In this document: positions 24,860 through 41,824 of the stretch, piece after piece
Layout of the letters: each line of letters begins with the position of its first letter
How positions within the stretch are numbered: the first letter of the stretch is position 1
Source: the human T2T-CHM13v2.0 reference genome, Homo sapiens
DNA: 64,000 nucleotides
Strand: one strand, 5' to 3'
NCBI RefSeq assembly: GCF_009914755.1
Contig: NC_060927.1
Made by a program: the position numbers and the translations under genes
Notes under the pieces: model-generated
What the model was told of the DNA's origin: nothing
Seen by the model: the letters and a program-made list of their open reading frames with translations, nothing else
Database searches by the model: none

Positions 24860-27020
24860 AATAAATGTATGTTAAGAATCTAGAAGCTGGAAATAAAATG
24901 GTGAACATGGAAGATACTGTCCCTGCCCTCATGAAGCTTTCAGTCTAGTGGAAAACAGACACAATTCAAAACAGTGAGACAGTATCATGGTTGGAACTAA
25001 TACAGGGTACTAAGAGAATACAAAAGAGGGGCAACTAACCTAGAGCTGGCAGATCAGAAACCTCTTTGGAGAAATGACACCTAGGCTAAGACCCAAGGGA
25101 CCTTAGGAGTTTCTTTTTTAATGTGTGCTTGTTTTGTGGGGAAATGGAAGTGAGAATAGGCAATGGGAAGACCAGGAAAAGGGAACGAGTGTAAAACAGC
25201 TAGACTACTAAGAAATAAATAGTAGTTTTGTGTGGCTGTGGGGAGCAAGGGTGTGAATGGTAAAATGTGAGGCTGAAGAGCAGAGGCCAGGTCATAAAGA
25301 ATCTCTACAGATCATGTTAGGAAGTTTGAACTTTATCCTAAGGGAGGTAATGAAGAATTTTCAGCAGAAAAATGCCATAATTAAACCTGTCTGCAGCATC
25401 CAGAATGAATTAGACAGGGGGGATAATATAGAAGGCAAGGAGACCACTAGAAGACTGCTGCAGGGATCCAGGTACTATGCTGGGGACAGAGACAAGAGTA
25501 CTCACTGAACAATACCTGCTACTCGAGAATATTTAGAAAGTAGAATCAATGACATTTGCTGGCTTGGTGGGGGTGTATGCAGATAAGAAATTGAAGGCTG
25601 GGTGTGGTGGCTCACATTTGTAATTCCAGCACTTTGGGAGGCTGAGGCAGGAGGATCACTTGAGCCCGCAAGTTCGAGACCTGCCTGGGCAACAAAGCAT
25701 GACAACCCCACCACCACATCTTAACCACAACAACAAAAATGTTTTAATTAGCCAGGTGTGGTGGTACATGCCTGCAGTTTCAGCTACTTGGGAGGAGCCT
25801 GAGGTGGGAGGACTGTCTGAGCCCAAGAGTTCAAGGCTGCAGTGAGCTATGATCATGCCACTGCACTCCAACCTGGGTGACAGGGCAAGACCCTGTCTCG
25901 AAAAAAAAGAAAAAGAAATTAAACATAATAGCCAGGATTCTGTCTTAAGCCACTGGGTACACATCGTGGGTAACATTTAATAAGATAAACACTGGAAAAG
26001 AACTGGGGTTGGGAAAAGAAAGAGGAGGGAAAGGTGAGCAGGTTCAACCACGTTAAATATTGGATAAACATGAAATATCTAAGAAAAGCTGTCAAGTAGG
26101 CAACTGGTTCTTTTCCTCATTTCCCACATTCAATCCATTACCAAATCCTATCAAATCTACCTTTAAAATATAGCCGAAATCTATCCACCTCTCTTCATCT
26201 CAGGAATACTGTTACCACCCTAATGCAAGGCATCATTATCTCCCTCCATGTGCTCCATACTGTAGCCAGACAGATCTTTTAAAAATATAAATCAGATCAT
26301 CAGATTCCCTATTTAAACCCATTAAAGGTTTCCTATTGAATTTCAGAATGAAATCAAACTCCTTATCATAGCCAAAGAAATCCCTGGATGACACATACCC
26401 TTCATCTTTATCAATTACTCTCACATTAAGCCTCATCTACACTGGTCAAGTTCTCCCGTTGTTAGGGCCTTTGCACTAAGGAACTGCCCCACTTCCCTTT
26501 TACTCCTCCTCTCTCCCAAGACACACAGTCTTGCCTCTTTGCCTTTAGATCTCATCTCAAATATCACCTCGTCACAGAATCTTTCTCTAACCACTTTCTA
26601 TCACATTACCTTGATTTGTCTTTCTAGGACTTACCAGAATTTGTAAACTTATTTATTCCCTACCATGTAAGTTCTATGAGAAGAGAAATCTTGTTTATCT
26701 TTTTCACTGCTACACTTTATGTAAATAGCATAGAGTTGGTTTTCAATAAATGTTTGCTGAATTAAATAAATAAGTGAATAAAATGTATGAAACTAAAGCT
26801 CAGCTCAGAAGGAAGATCTTAACTGGAGATATTGATTTGGGCATCTTCCACATGTAAAGACAAATAATGCCAAAGAAAATAGGTATTACCCATGGGAAGT
26901 ATATAGAGAGAATAAAAGAGGGCCTAAGACAAAGCCCAGAGGAATGTGAACATTCAAAAGATGAGCAGAAGAGGGGCACCCAAATAGGAAGGGCCAGAGA
27001 AAAAAAGGAAAATCAGAAAA
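24860..27020. mobile_element. L2 fragments in both orientations (minus ~24860-26110 and ~26790-27020; plus ~26110-26780) with an AluJ at ~25596-25920
   Basis: GTCCCTGCCCTCATGAAGCTTTCAGTCTAGTGG; L2 3' end AATAAATGTTTGCTGAAT. Confidence 0.75.
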
Positions 27021-27056
27021 GTTTCCCAAAGTGCTAGATGGTATACAAGAATATTC

Positions 27057-27368
27057 CTTTATTACTTATTTATTTTTGGAGGCAGGGTCTCGCTCTATCA
27101 CCCAGGTTGGAGTATGGTAGTGTCATCACAGGTCACTGTGGCCTCAACCTTTAAGGCTCAAGGGATGCTACTGCCTCAGTCTCCCAAGTAGCTGGGACTA
27201 CAGGTGTAGTAGTCACCATGCCTAGCTAATTTTTATTTATATTTTTTTGTAGAGATGGGTTCTCACTATATTGCCCAGGCTGGTCTCAAACTCTTGGCCT
27301 CAAGCAATCCTCTCACCTCAGCCTCCTAAAATGTTGGGACTATAGGCATAAGCTACTGTACCCAACCT
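27057..27368 (-). mobile_element. AluJ-type SINE
   Basis: Diverged reverse dimer. Confidence 0.9.
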
Positions 27369-28996
27369 GAGTATTCTTCATTAAAAAGGCAGCTTGGCAT
27401 TAAGGAAAAGCTTGTGGTCAATCGAGTCAGGTATACATTCAACGAACGTATTGTTTGCCATGTACCAGGAACTATGCCAGGAGTTGGGCTATCAAATTAA
27501 TCAATAAAATAGGCCAAACACTATCTAATAACTGTTCAAAGAGTGGTATAATCTTCTCTAAGTGTGATTTGGAGAGAAGTCTCAATCTGAATCTTAAGTA
27601 TCACAAGTGCTGGGAGGATTAAACAAGATCTTGTTTATAAAGTGCTAAATACAATATCTGCAATACGATAGGCCGTCAATAAATTACAGCCACTACTATA
27701 AAGAAAATCTTCCTTTGACTGATCAAAAACACAGTATAAAAACACAAGCATACTAGAGCAATTTAGAGTAATCATCCTAGTGGAATAATCTGATTTGAAA
27801 ATCCGTATCTATTCTGGAGAATACTAAATTCACAAAAGAATGGGATTGTTTATGGGGAAAACTACTTAGAGGTAACATCTCAAGGTCTCTTCCAAGATTC
27901 CAGTTTGATTTCAGCAAAGGCACAAAAGCATTTAAATGACTTAAAAGTACATCACCAGACTCACTTCAGTGCAAGGTAATGTGACTCCCAATCCCAGAGA
28001 AAGACAACATATTTGCCCACCCCTCAAAACACAAAATCCTTAGGCCTATCTTATTCTAGACCAAGACCTCTTGACTTTTCTAAAACTAGACAGATTAGAA
28101 GTACAGTATCACAGCCCAATTAGTTCTCTTTTGTGTGCTTTTATTTTATTAATTATACCCTTTGGTTATGCCCAGAGTCAAGAGGTTTGCCTGTTTTAAA
28201 ATAAAGAACAAAAGCAATCTGTGCAGAATAAACAGATTCCTCAGAAATATTAAACAAACAAACGAAAAATGCCAGAATATTTCTCACTTAAATTCCACTG
28301 GGGAACATGAGGGTGAAATGCCACTGGCCAATGGGAACCCTTATCTTGCATGCCATGCAATCCAACCCCCAACCAAAATGCCTCCTTCCTACAAGCACAC
28401 ACTACTTTCTATTGATTTCCCTCTGCTTCGGTTGTTGCCTAAACTCTAGTGATCAAGGCTCCAGTGATATCTTCCGGCCAAAGGAAAATTATTTTCCTTG
28501 CTTCTCTTTTGTTCTTCTCTAACAGACTGCTAGTTCTTTTGTCCAGACCACGTGGGCAGTAGGGCTAAAGACCTTCTGCCAGTCATACATGCTTAGCAAG
28601 CAAAACTTAAACAAGACATATTCTTCTAAGCTGAAATGTTCTAAATGCAAAATACAGTATTCACGATTCTAAATATTCATAATCCATTTAGTAGAGTATA
28701 TTAATAGACAAGGGTCTGCAATAAAAAACAATTTAGGCATACAGCAGTATTTCTTTTCAACACTAAGGTCAAAAGAGCATGAAATTAGAAAAGACAGGAA
28801 TTCTAGTTATTATTTTATCACTATGCAATTTCACTGGTGCCTTTGTTCCATCACTGATGAAATAAGGGTAATGATACTTTTCCCTTTTCTGCTTTCAGCA
28901 CAGGTTGAATTTCATAATTCCTATAGTCCAGAATAATTACAAAAAGTGTACTATTTTCTCAAGGCAATGTACTCCCTTTAAAGGAAGAAAGAATGG

Positions 28997-29380
28997 TGAT
29001 ATGGTCTGGCTGTGTGTCCCCAATCCAATCTCATCTTGAATTGTCATCCAAATTGTAATCCCCACATGTTAGGGGAGGGACCTCATGGAAGGTGATTAGA
29101 TCATGGTGGGGGGGGGGGGCAGTCTCCCCATGCTGTTCTCATGATAGTGAGTTCTCACAAAATCTGATGGTTTTATATGAGGCTTTTCCCCCTTTTGCTC
29201 AGCACTTCTCCTTCCTGCCATCATGTGAAGAAGGATGTGTTTACTGCCCCTTCTGCCGTGATTGTAAGTTTCCTGAGGCCTCCCAGCCCTGTGGATCTGT
29301 GAGTCAATTAAACCTTTTTCCTTTATAAATTATCCAGTCTCGGGCAGTTCTTTATAGTAGCATGAGAACAGACTAATACA
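28997..29380 (+). mobile_element. MaLR solo LTR (THE1D/MSTA-like)
   Basis: TGATATGGTCTGGCTGTGTGTCCCC...GACTAATACA; TSD AATGG/GATGG. Confidence 0.9.
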
Positions 29381-31304
29381 GATGGAGTAACCTAACTGCA
29401 CCCTAACAGGGGTTTTGTTTTGTAGTTTGTTTTTTTTTGTGGATCTTTTTTTCTTCCCAGAACCTCACATCAAACAACCGTATCTTGATTTGGCAATTCA
29501 TTCAGAATTCCATGAATTACAGCACAACATTCTCTATCATAATACAGTATACAGAGACTTCCTAGCAGCAGCAAATCAGCTAAGAATGGTCATGTGCTTT
29601 CAGAAATGAATTGGTAGCAGAAATTAAACACTAAAATGTAACTTCCAAGGAAAGTTAAATTTTCTTCTTAGATTTTACTTCTAGTCAGCATTGCAAAATT
29701 AAAATATCTCTTATATTTTAATACTTAATTTTCTACACAGGCTAAAGCCAAGGTAATTTCTTAAGATCATTTTTTCTAATAACAGCCATATAATAAAACA
29801 ATCCTTGAGTTCTTAACAATCACATTATCTCTTTCTCCAGGTGGCATTCTCATCATCTGTATTTACTATTTCACTAAAAATTCTTTCCAATATGACATCA
29901 AATTTTAGAGATGCAAATAAGTATGCGTGATACATTTATGTGGTAGTTAGTCCTTTGATATTATGGGTAAATATCCTCAAAGCAGTAGTTATATAATTAA
30001 AAGTTGTTTTAAAAACATACTGAGAGTCTTTATGCTAAAGATTTACCTCTTTGAATTCTTTTCAGACCTTAGCAGATCAAGAGGCCTCAAGAAAAGGAAA
30101 TATTATGAAGACATATCTTTCCAAGTAAACTGCCCATCACGCCAACATCTACATCCTAAATGAAAATGGAACAATGTGCAGTAAAGCATTACTCTTTTTC
30201 AGTATATACACAATAAGGAGGTTTGGTCACTGAATAGTTTCAACAGATCTAAAGACTATTTCTGGCTTCACTACTGCTATACTCTTCAATCTTGAGTTAT
30301 CAATTACTTCATCTTCCTAGGCAGCAGTACAAGAGACAGATAACACCACTTTGTCACTTTAATCCTTAGCTGCCATGCCAGCAGAGTTTATTCAATCATA
30401 TTTCTGATATTGAAAAAGCTTTCATTTGACTTTACTGCCTCATCCCATTACAAGCCATTCTGATCCCCTTTTTTCACTGTTAAACTTCTCAAAGAAGCTG
30501 CCCATACTAACTCCATTTCCCCATCTTTTTACCTTATCACCCTGTCATCTAACGTCCATCCTACTAAACTAAAATTATATTTCTCAAATTTTACTACTTT
30601 ACCAACATAATGAGAAAAGCAGTAAACTGAAGGGGTCTGCAGGAAATTTAGGTTCAAGCCCTCAATTTGATAATTACAAGATTTGTATATTTAAGCATAC
30701 CATTTCACATCTTTGCACATCACTTTCCTTATTTGTAAAGTGAACAGGTTAGATGATGATCTCCAGGGTCTCTTCCTCTACTGAACCTATAGTTGTATAA
30801 CCAAATTCATCTTCATCTCTAATTTCTCTTTGGCATTTGACACTAAGCACCACCTCCACCCCTCCACCCCTCTATTTTTCCACTATTTCCACCCATCCGT
30901 TTTTCCACTATTACCTCTAAGTTAATATCACCATTACCTAACTCTAAATTCTCTACTTCCAAATACAAAATCTTTTTACTTAGCCATTCTACCTTCATCA
31001 AAAAACATAATATACCCAAACTTGAATTTACACCCAATCCAACAAATCACTCCTCAGCTTGCCCCAAATCTCCTATTTCCTTAGATTCCTCAATACCCAG
31101 AGTCTTGGCTTAAAATGAAAACCCTGAGTCTTCCTTCATGTCCTTCCTACATCTTATTTTCATTAAATTCTATTAATCCTTCCTTCTAAATAACTAGTAT
31201 CTTCCTCTTTTAAATTTCATCATTCATGGATCATTTACTCTAAAAGCCTACTACCTGTTCTCTCAAACCTAATCCCTTCACTTTCCATAACATTCAGTAT
31301 TCTC

Positions 31305-31500
31305 TTGCATTGTCCAGTATGATAGCCACTAACTACAGGTTGCTAGTTAAATTAAAATAAAAATTAAGCAAAATTAAAAATTTAGTTCCTCTACCACATA
31401 AGCTGCATTTCAAGTCACATGAGGCTAGTGACTATAACACTGGCCATCACAGATACAGATACAGTTTCATCCTCACAGAAAGTTCTATTGGATGGCTCTG
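31305..31500. mobile_element. MER3/MER33-like hAT MITE remnant
   Basis: TTGTCCAGTATGATAGCCACTA...CAGAAAGTTCTATTGGA motifs. Confidence 0.6.
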
Positions 31501-31719
31501 TAATCTTAGGCAAAACCTCTTACCACACTATTTACACCATGGGTTTTCTTCTATTAAAGAACACGGGCTGGTTTTCTAACACTTATCTAAACCAGTCTAA
31601 AATCTTTCTCCTGGCATCCAAACTCTCCAGATTTGGCCCCATCAAACACCTCCATTCATTTTCTTTGCCGACAAATACTCTGTTGGTCAAGTTGTTTTCA
31701 CTGATCATGTAGGGTACTA

Positions 31720-32990
31720 TGCTTTCATTACCACATTAATTCACTCAATAAATGAACTATGTGGAGACATTTCTAGGTTCTAGGAATACTGCAGAGAATA
31801 AAGCAAATAGTACTGGACATTCTTTTTTTCCTCTTCTAGCACTGGCTCTCTGCCTATCTACCTTTCAAACCTCATCTCCTTCAAGCTTTCTTAGGTTACC
31901 TTCCCCCTCTTTCAGCTCTCAGAACGGTTGTATATAGCCTACATTTAGACACAATTAAATACAACTTAGTTTTATCTTCTTTCATGCTTTGTCTTCCCAA
32001 CTAGAATTTAAGCTACTTAAGGAAGCTAGCAAAGAACAGCAAGGGGGCCAGTGTGGCTAGAATAAAATGAGTAAAGAGAAAATAGAATATGATGTCAAAG
32101 AGTTAATGGAGAGCAGACTATGTGGGGCCCTAAATACCATGTAAGAGTGAGTGAGAAAGGAAGGCACTGGAGGGTTTTGATCACGGGAATAACGTCATTT
32201 GGATTAAGTTTTATTAGTATCACTTTGGCTAATAAAATGTGTTAAGCAAGAACGGATGCTGGGAGACTAGCTAGGAGGTTAATACAATAAAACAGAAGAA
32301 AAAAGATGGTAGCAGAGATGAGTAGTTAATACCCAAATTTTAGGTATATTTAAAAAGTGGAGCCAAGATAATTTGCTGATATACTGGGAATAAGAAAGAG
32401 GCATCGCAGATAACTCAAAGATCTCGGAGTTGAAGGATCAAGGTGCCATTAACTGAGATGGGGAAGACCAAGAGAACCAGGGAGGAGAAATGATACCAAA
32501 AGCTTAGTTTTGGATACTTTGAGTTTGAAATGTCTGTCAGACATTCTAACTGAGATGTCAAACAGGCAGCTGAGTTCTGTAGGTCCAGAGTACAAGGGAA
32601 TGATCACGGCTGGAAATATACATTTGAGAATTTTCACATATAGGTGGTATTTAACACCAACAGACTGGATAAAATCACCAAGAAAGCCGTAAATTGAACT
32701 GAGCCTAGGCCACAGCAATATTAATTCAAAGGACAGGATGATAATGAGGAACCAGGAAAGGAGACTGAGATTGAGTGACTAGTGATAGTGAGGTGTATAG
32801 TATCCTGGAAGGCAAGTGAATAAAGTGTTTCACTGAGGAGGGAAAGATCAAGATGTAAAAGGTTGCTGAAAACTAAGATGAGAACTAAGAATTGAAAACT
32901 GGATTCTGAAATACTGAACACCTTGGCAAAAGTATATTTGGGAGAGTAGTATGGGTGAAATGACCAACAACAGAACCAAAGTGATATTAA
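31720..32990. mobile_element. L2 fragments (mainly minus)
   Basis: AGTTTTGGATACTTTGAGTTTGAAATGTCT...CAGGCAGCTG, GGAAGGCAAGTGAATAAAGTGTTTC. Confidence 0.75.
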
Positions 32991-34569
32991 TATATATTTT
33001 ACGGTCTTCAAAGCTATAGAATTAGAATGGTACTAACGGATAGAACAATCTTTCTCAATGCTTACTCCTTTTTTGACTCTTACAGGGAACTACTTTTACT
33101 GGAGTAGAAGGGGTTGGAGGAAAGAGAGAGGGGCATCTCCTGGGAATGTGTGCCATCATCTTTTCTATGACTTTTCAGGTGGTTGCTGAGTACCATTTGA
33201 TTACCGTATGAACTGCGGTGTGTTATTTCCTTTTTTGTTTTATTTGGAGATAGGCACAGAAAATATTTGGAAGCTAATAGAATCTTCCATTTATCAGCAA
33301 AAGTACTATTTCTGACAACTTTAATGGCAGAAGATGAAATATTGTTTAAACACTCAGCGAATTTAGAAACCAGAATGGAGACTTTCATATAGACTGCATC
33401 CCTTAAGAAAAGCTATTTTACAGTAGCCTTTTGACTTAATTTGAGTAACAGGCAACGTGATTCCTGAAGTCACAAAATATAAATTCAAAACTTTACAAAG
33501 CCAAACAGATATATGTTTTTATTGTTACTATAACAGTTAGTTGGGTTAGGTATGTCAGACCCAGGGACAGCTCAAGTATTGTGTCACTACTCTCTTCAGA
33601 TGAATGACATATGATTCCTTTTACTCTCTTTAGCTAGATTCAGAAAGGTATCAGATCCTTATTAGTCTCTATATATCTAAATATCTAAATGTACTTGCTC
33701 ATTGAATAGAAACGGGAAATCTCATTAGGGTATTTCTAAATACTGATGTTTATGCAGGAGTCTAAATGATAAAAATCCATAGAGATACAATTTCCTAAAT
33801 CTCAAGGTCAAGGAAACATGTAGTTAGAACACAGAAAACTTTCCAATAGTCAGTACAGCTCTAGCATTTATTTTATGATCATTTTTTTTCCCACATGATA
33901 TACCCCTTATTAAATGTGGTAGATTATCACCTCCTGACAAAGACTTTCATCAATAAAGTAGGGAGATCTATTTTCCAACAAGCACCAAAATAGAAAAAAA
34001 AAAGGACTGAAAGTTGCCTTCAGGGCCTGTTTTAAGTATTTGATAGTTGCAAAATGTGGTCTGGAATATTACTTTATACTTAGGAATTTTAAATACCATT
34101 CCAAGCATATTCACATCCATTGTTTCATTTGCTTCTATGAGGTAGGAGGGTAAATAATCATTATGCCATTGTAAAATTCAGGAACTGAAGCACAGAGAAA
34201 TTAAATGGTCTGTCTAAAATTAGAATAGAAGAACTCCTCTACCTTGAAATCTTTTCGTCACACCAAAAAGATGAAGTTAGAAATGTGGATACCTATTATT
34301 CAAGAAGTAGGCTGATAATTTATTGCCATTTCTGATATTCAGACTTGTCTGATAGCTCGGAAAGAATATTGGCAGAGACTACAATATTTGCATATCTTTC
34401 TGAAGATTCAACAAATATTTGGTATCTTCAATGTGTCAAGCCTTATCAAACATGGTATCACTCTGCAGTAGAATGAAAACTGGATTAGACGTAGCCTGGG
34501 GTGAAGACGGCAGTGGTAGTATGGGAAGGGATGGGAAAAAGAAGACAAGAAGACAAGCAAAGTTTTGAT

Positions 34570-35690
<1,121 letters not shown>

Positions 35691-35989
35691 ACAGTAATAA
35701 ACAAAGTGAATGTTCATCTTTATACCTAACTCATGACCCCCAATTACCATGTTCCAAGTTTTCTCCAAGTTAGAATATACATAGAATTTACATTGTATGC
35801 TTTAAAATTTCTTGAAGTCCCAAAGGTTGGGTGTTATCTAAATACAGTGATCAATAGCATTTCATAAGGCTCAAACTCAAGTAATCATTCACCACTAGAT
35901 ACTGAATAGACTGGGTCAGATTCCAATGGTGCCCAAAGAGAATGTGTTAATTGAGATCAGCCTTTATGTCTAGTTTCCTAAGTCTCAAT

Positions 35990-35991
35990 AT

Positions 35992-36038
<47 letters not shown>

Positions 36039-36048
36039 CACACACACA
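35990..36048. repeat. Interrupted (CA)n microsatellite
   Basis: Direct reading. Confidence 0.95.
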
Positions 36049-36365
36049 GGAGTAGTTACACTCAGGTGTTGTTTATACCATGTAGATCTATGATCTTCAA
36101 ATAATTAGAAGACAGTGAAAGAATGTCAGACAAGTTTATTAAGGCTTTCCAGCTACAGTTCCATATATTAATTGATAATATTAGGCAACTTACATATATT
36201 ACTTAGAAGAGAGTTTCCTAGATTTACCCCTCTATTCCCTCCACAGAAGTTAAGACATTTAGTTTAGCAACCCCATTACCTTAAATATCCCAGAGAAAAT
36301 GTAAATTTACTCTTAGAAGATTAGATTTTGAAAGGACGTTCATGTTAGAACTTACCCTCACCCCC

Positions 36366-36672
36366 TTTTTTTTTTTTTTTTTTTTAAGACAGAGTCTTGC
36401 TTTGTCACCCAGGATGGAGTATAGTGGCGCGATGTTGGCTCACTGCAATCTTCGCCTTCTAGGTTCAAGTGATTCTCGTGCCACAACCACCTGAACAGCT
36501 GGGATTACATTACAGGTGTGTGCCACCATGCCTGGCTAATTTTTGTATTTTTAGTAGAGATGGGGTTTTGCCACGTTGGCCAGGCTGGTCTCGAATTCCT
36601 GGCCTCAAGTGATTCACCTGCCTCGGCCTCCCAAAGTGCTGGGATTACAAGTGTGAGCTGCCGTACCCAGCC
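36366..36672 (-). mobile_element. AluS-type SINE
   Basis: Reverse dimer; ATGT(T/C)AGAACT on both flanks. Confidence 0.93.
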
Positions 36673-38894
36673 ATGTCAGAACTCCTTAAAAGGAACAGAT
36701 ACTAAACATGGCATGCCTTTCCCTCTCAACAAAATATTATCTAGTGATGTTGCTCCCTTCCTGCAATATTTTCCTCCTGTCCTTCATCTATTATCAGTGA
36801 TTTGCATACGAAGGAATTCCTCCAGGAGTATGCACCAGACTGGTGAGGGGCTTTTCAAAACCCCTACCAAATGATCTCTACTTTGAGCCTAAGTCATATT
36901 CTTGAGATATGCTGGGGGTGACAGGGGAAGGAGTCTTGGGAACCACTGATCCAAATCCTCTAGGTCCAGCTAAAATCCTATTTCCTCTGTGGGACTTTTC
37001 AAGTCTACCTCAGGTTCAAAGGAAGAGCTCCTTCCCTCTTCTAAATATATATTTATTCACCATTAATTTCACAAAAATTAAAAGCTCACGTTAGCATTTT
37101 AACTGTCTTATCTCCCCAGTTATGATGAACTTTCCCATAAGAGTCATAGCAGCATGCTTTGTCTAAGAAAAGGTACTCGAGTTCCAATATATCATAAAAT
37201 GAAGAGAAATCTGTTTTGTATGAGGTAAATTTCCATTTCAAGGAATGTCTGTTTTCACAAAATTTTGTATTTTCTCCTAATAGTATGAGGTAGAAGAAAT
37301 CTACATCTTCTCAAGTGAGCTTATGATTAACTCGATGAGTTTTCTTGCTATTCTCAAATCGGAATTATCCAGACCTGGCTAGAAACTAAAGTCTAAGCCC
37401 ATTCATTAAAGTCTTGAATTTATTTACTTTTGCCAAGAACAGCTATATAAAATTAGATTCCTCCTGGTATAAAATTGGGTGTTTTCTTAGATATTTGCTA
37501 TCAAAAGTCATTTTTCTTGGAAATATACTCTGGCAGCACATAAGAAATCACCATATGTTTTATATCACAAAGGGATATTAGATAATTCTTTTCACATAAG
37601 GAGAAACCTTCAGAGAGGTGAAATGACTTACCAAAGTCACATAGCCATGATTTACTTAATTTCAATGACAAAAACCTTTGGAATAAATTTTATTAAGTGA
37701 AAAGGAAAGCTATGAAATTTTTTTTATTATACATGCTACCTTTGGGTTTAAGATGGATTCTTCTCACACTAAATTTCCAGTAAATAAGGGAAACGTGATC
37801 TGTTTCTTACAACCTATATGATGGAACAGACTGAAATTTAAGAGAGATTTCCTGTGCTACCACAAGGGAAGTTGCATGTCCATTGTTTTCTTCTTATTAA
37901 ACATATTTTTCAGTAGGATTTTGTTACAATTCCTTGTATATAATGAATGCAGAGGTTAAGCCCTAACCTCAGGGTGTCCAAGAGAACAAATTCTTCTTTT
38001 CATAGTCTAATGTAAGCCAAAATGATAAAAAAAAGAATATTTCACATTATTATTACAAGCAATTTGGCATAATGAGTAAAATGTGTTCCTGCCTTTATCA
38101 ATGATTCCCAAAATATGCTTTCAGAATAGTATGCTTAATTTATCCAAAAAGAGATGCATTTAAACAAGTTTTTAAAGTGTTAATGATTCTATACTACAAA
38201 CTTATGTGTTACTTACAAAGTTTATCTTCAACCTGTGATTAACACAGATGGTTGGGAGAAAGTTCCAACCCAGGAGATTATTTTTCAGCTACTAAACTTT
38301 AAGAAAACTATTGGCAATGGTTTTCATTGAAGAATAACAAGTCTAAAATTTACTTTCACATTATGAACTTGTAACACATTTGAACTAGGGCTACTATTTA
38401 AGGAAGTGAATGTACCTGGTAAAGAGTTTTAAAAAGCAAGTCTCCCTCCTATCCACCTATGTCTCCAACTCCTCCTCACAAAGGCAGTCACTGTTACCTA
38501 TATATACACAAAAGGAAGGGGAAGAGTATATGTGCATATATTCTAAAGTAATTTTAAAGAACAGTCACATCTCTTTTTAAAATAATACTCAAATCAAACC
38601 AACAGATAGCTGTGTACTTAAAAAATAAAAAACTAGCACACTTCCAAGGACATGCTATCTTCTCTGGGTAGCATATTTTGCTCTCTCAGGTCTACATGGT
38701 CAACAATTTATTACTGTTGTTATTTTTTAAATTTAAATGGCATCAATATCATGAAAGCATTTCAGAATTATACATATTTCTAAATTAGTTTCTCTATTTT
38801 TAGCCTATTATTTCCTATAGGGAGGTCATTCTCTATTCCTTATCCATTCCCACTACATCAACAATACACGACATTGATCTTACTGGGGTCTTAT

Positions 38895-39200
<306 letters not shown>

Positions 39201-39776
39201 TTACTGGGGTCTTATTTCATGTAACAGAAGAACATCATCAATCTTCCTATTCTGGTTTTGTAAAATACCAAAATGTTTGATCTCCTATAATGTTGGATAT
39301 TTGAGTATTCAAGTTCTAGAAAGCAGATAGACATATGCATAGTAGCAATTAGAATGTTACCTGATTTAAGCCTCCTAGAAGTGGGTTAATGATTAACAAG
39401 AAGATATTACATTTAACTGTTAGTAAAATAGAAATGCAAAACATTACATTTCCAAGTATGAAGTTTGTCAATGTCTAGAGTAACTTAGAGAAAATTAATT
39501 ACATAAAAGCATAAGAAGGAAAGGTATGTCCTTCCATTATTTGAAAACGTGCATCCAGTACTGACTCTACCTATGCATTCAGGACTGTTAATTACATATA
39601 ATATTATACTACTTCACTGTACCCACCTAGTGCTTATCATTAAGAGGGTTCAACATGCCTTTTAAAAACTGTAGTAAAATATACATAAAATTTACCATTT
39701 TAGTCATCAAAATACTTTTAAACAACCCTAATTAACCTACTCAAGATGGAAATAAGAGATCTCTATTTACTTTTAA

Positions 39777-40212
<436 letters not shown>

Positions 40213-41521
40213 CTCCACTTCTTAATTTTCTTTTATTGATAACAAACTGATACCAAGTGACAGGACACTATGAGATGTGGAAATGGCAAGGGTAGCATTT
40301 TTAGACTAAAATATTTCCAACTGCTTTATAAGTCTGGATTAAATAATTTCAATAAAATCAACAGAACTAGGAAAAGATGCCACAAACTTATTTCTCAGCC
40401 ATTAATCTCTTCACAGGCCAACCCAAGACATATTGGTAGGATTTTTACCTTCATGTTTTTTCACCATATGAAAAATGTAAAGACAGCAAAAGAAAGCTCT
40501 CAAATAGAACAGGAAGAAAATAAGGTATGATTGAAAAAGAATCATCACTGATTTACTGTTATTTCAATGATTTTTAATATAGAAAGTGGCTGCTGTGAGG
40601 CTACCTCTACCCTAAAGTAAGTCTCACATGAAAACGTGAAAATAAATGTGAACTCCAAACTGAGCTAACTATTCAAAGATCCATATCTGGAAAATTAAAG
40701 TTTGAGTTACTATCTTAGAACAATCTGTATGGCATTTATCTTTCATGTTAGAATGGTCAGAAAATAAATGTTCATATTTGTTTACGTATGTACAAACAGT
40801 GGGATAAATAAGAAACTGGTTACCTACAGAGATAGGGGTATGAACTACACGAAATGACACAGCCAGAAGCTGAGATTTCAGTTATGTAATTTAAAATTTT
40901 GAACTGTGAAAATAATTACCATTCAAAAGTAAAATAAAAGGGTATAATATTTTACTGAGATAATATTTACAATTTTTCTCAAAGTTCCCCTACCCTTTAT
41001 CATACTTTAGAAAAAACTGATTTTCTGCTACCCATAAAAGATTTTGGGAAATAGTTTCCTCTGATCAGAGTGCAGGCCAGAGTAATTTAAGAAGGACTTT
41101 CTAAAGAATGTCTAACTCACTGTATTTCATCCTTAAACATTATTATAGAAACTCAAGAGTAAATTTTTCTCCTTAATAGAAGTTCTTTAAAAGACAGTGC
41201 AATTTAAAGTTTCACAACTGCATGTAGGTAAGTTTCAACTTACATCTAATTATTCCATGTTTAATATGGCTTTATTAAATCAATGATCTTATTCAAATCA
41301 ATACCTCTCTGGCCAACGAAAACAAATTTAATTATGGGAAATATTTTATCAAGTTTGACTGCTAAGTTCAAACTCTATTGGACACATACTTCAGCTCTAT
41401 AGGAAAGGGCTGCTCTAAGGAAGTTACCCAAGTTACACAAGTTTATTTATTGTTTTCTATCGTAGATAAACATAGAAAAACATCAGAGATCATGATAGAG
41501 AGAATGATTGACACTCCATAA

Positions 41522-41824
41522 TTTTTTTTTTTTTTTTTTTTTTGAGACGGAGTCTCCCTCTGTCGCCCAGGCTGGAGTGCAGTGGTGCAATCTTGGCTCA
41601 CTGCAAGCTCCGCCTCCCAGGTTCATGCCATTCTCCTGCCTCAGCCTCCTGAGTAGGTGGGACTACAGGCACCCGCCACCACGTCCGGCTAATTTTTTGT
41701 ATTTTTAGTAGAGATGGGGTTTCACCATGTTAGCCAGGATGGTCTCGATCTCCTGACTTCGTGATCTACCCACCTTGGCCTCCCAAAGTGCTGGGATTAC
41801 AGATATGAGTCACCGCACCCGGCC
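41522..41824 (-). mobile_element. AluY/Sc-type SINE, followed by a MIR remnant (~41840-42010)
   Basis: Reverse dimer; MIR core ACTTAACTTCTCTGAAACTCAGTTTC. Confidence 0.92.

Noticed and set aside
37101-37150. ATGATGA C-box-like motif (possible intronic snoRNA)
   Set aside because: No properly placed CTGA D box or terminal stem.
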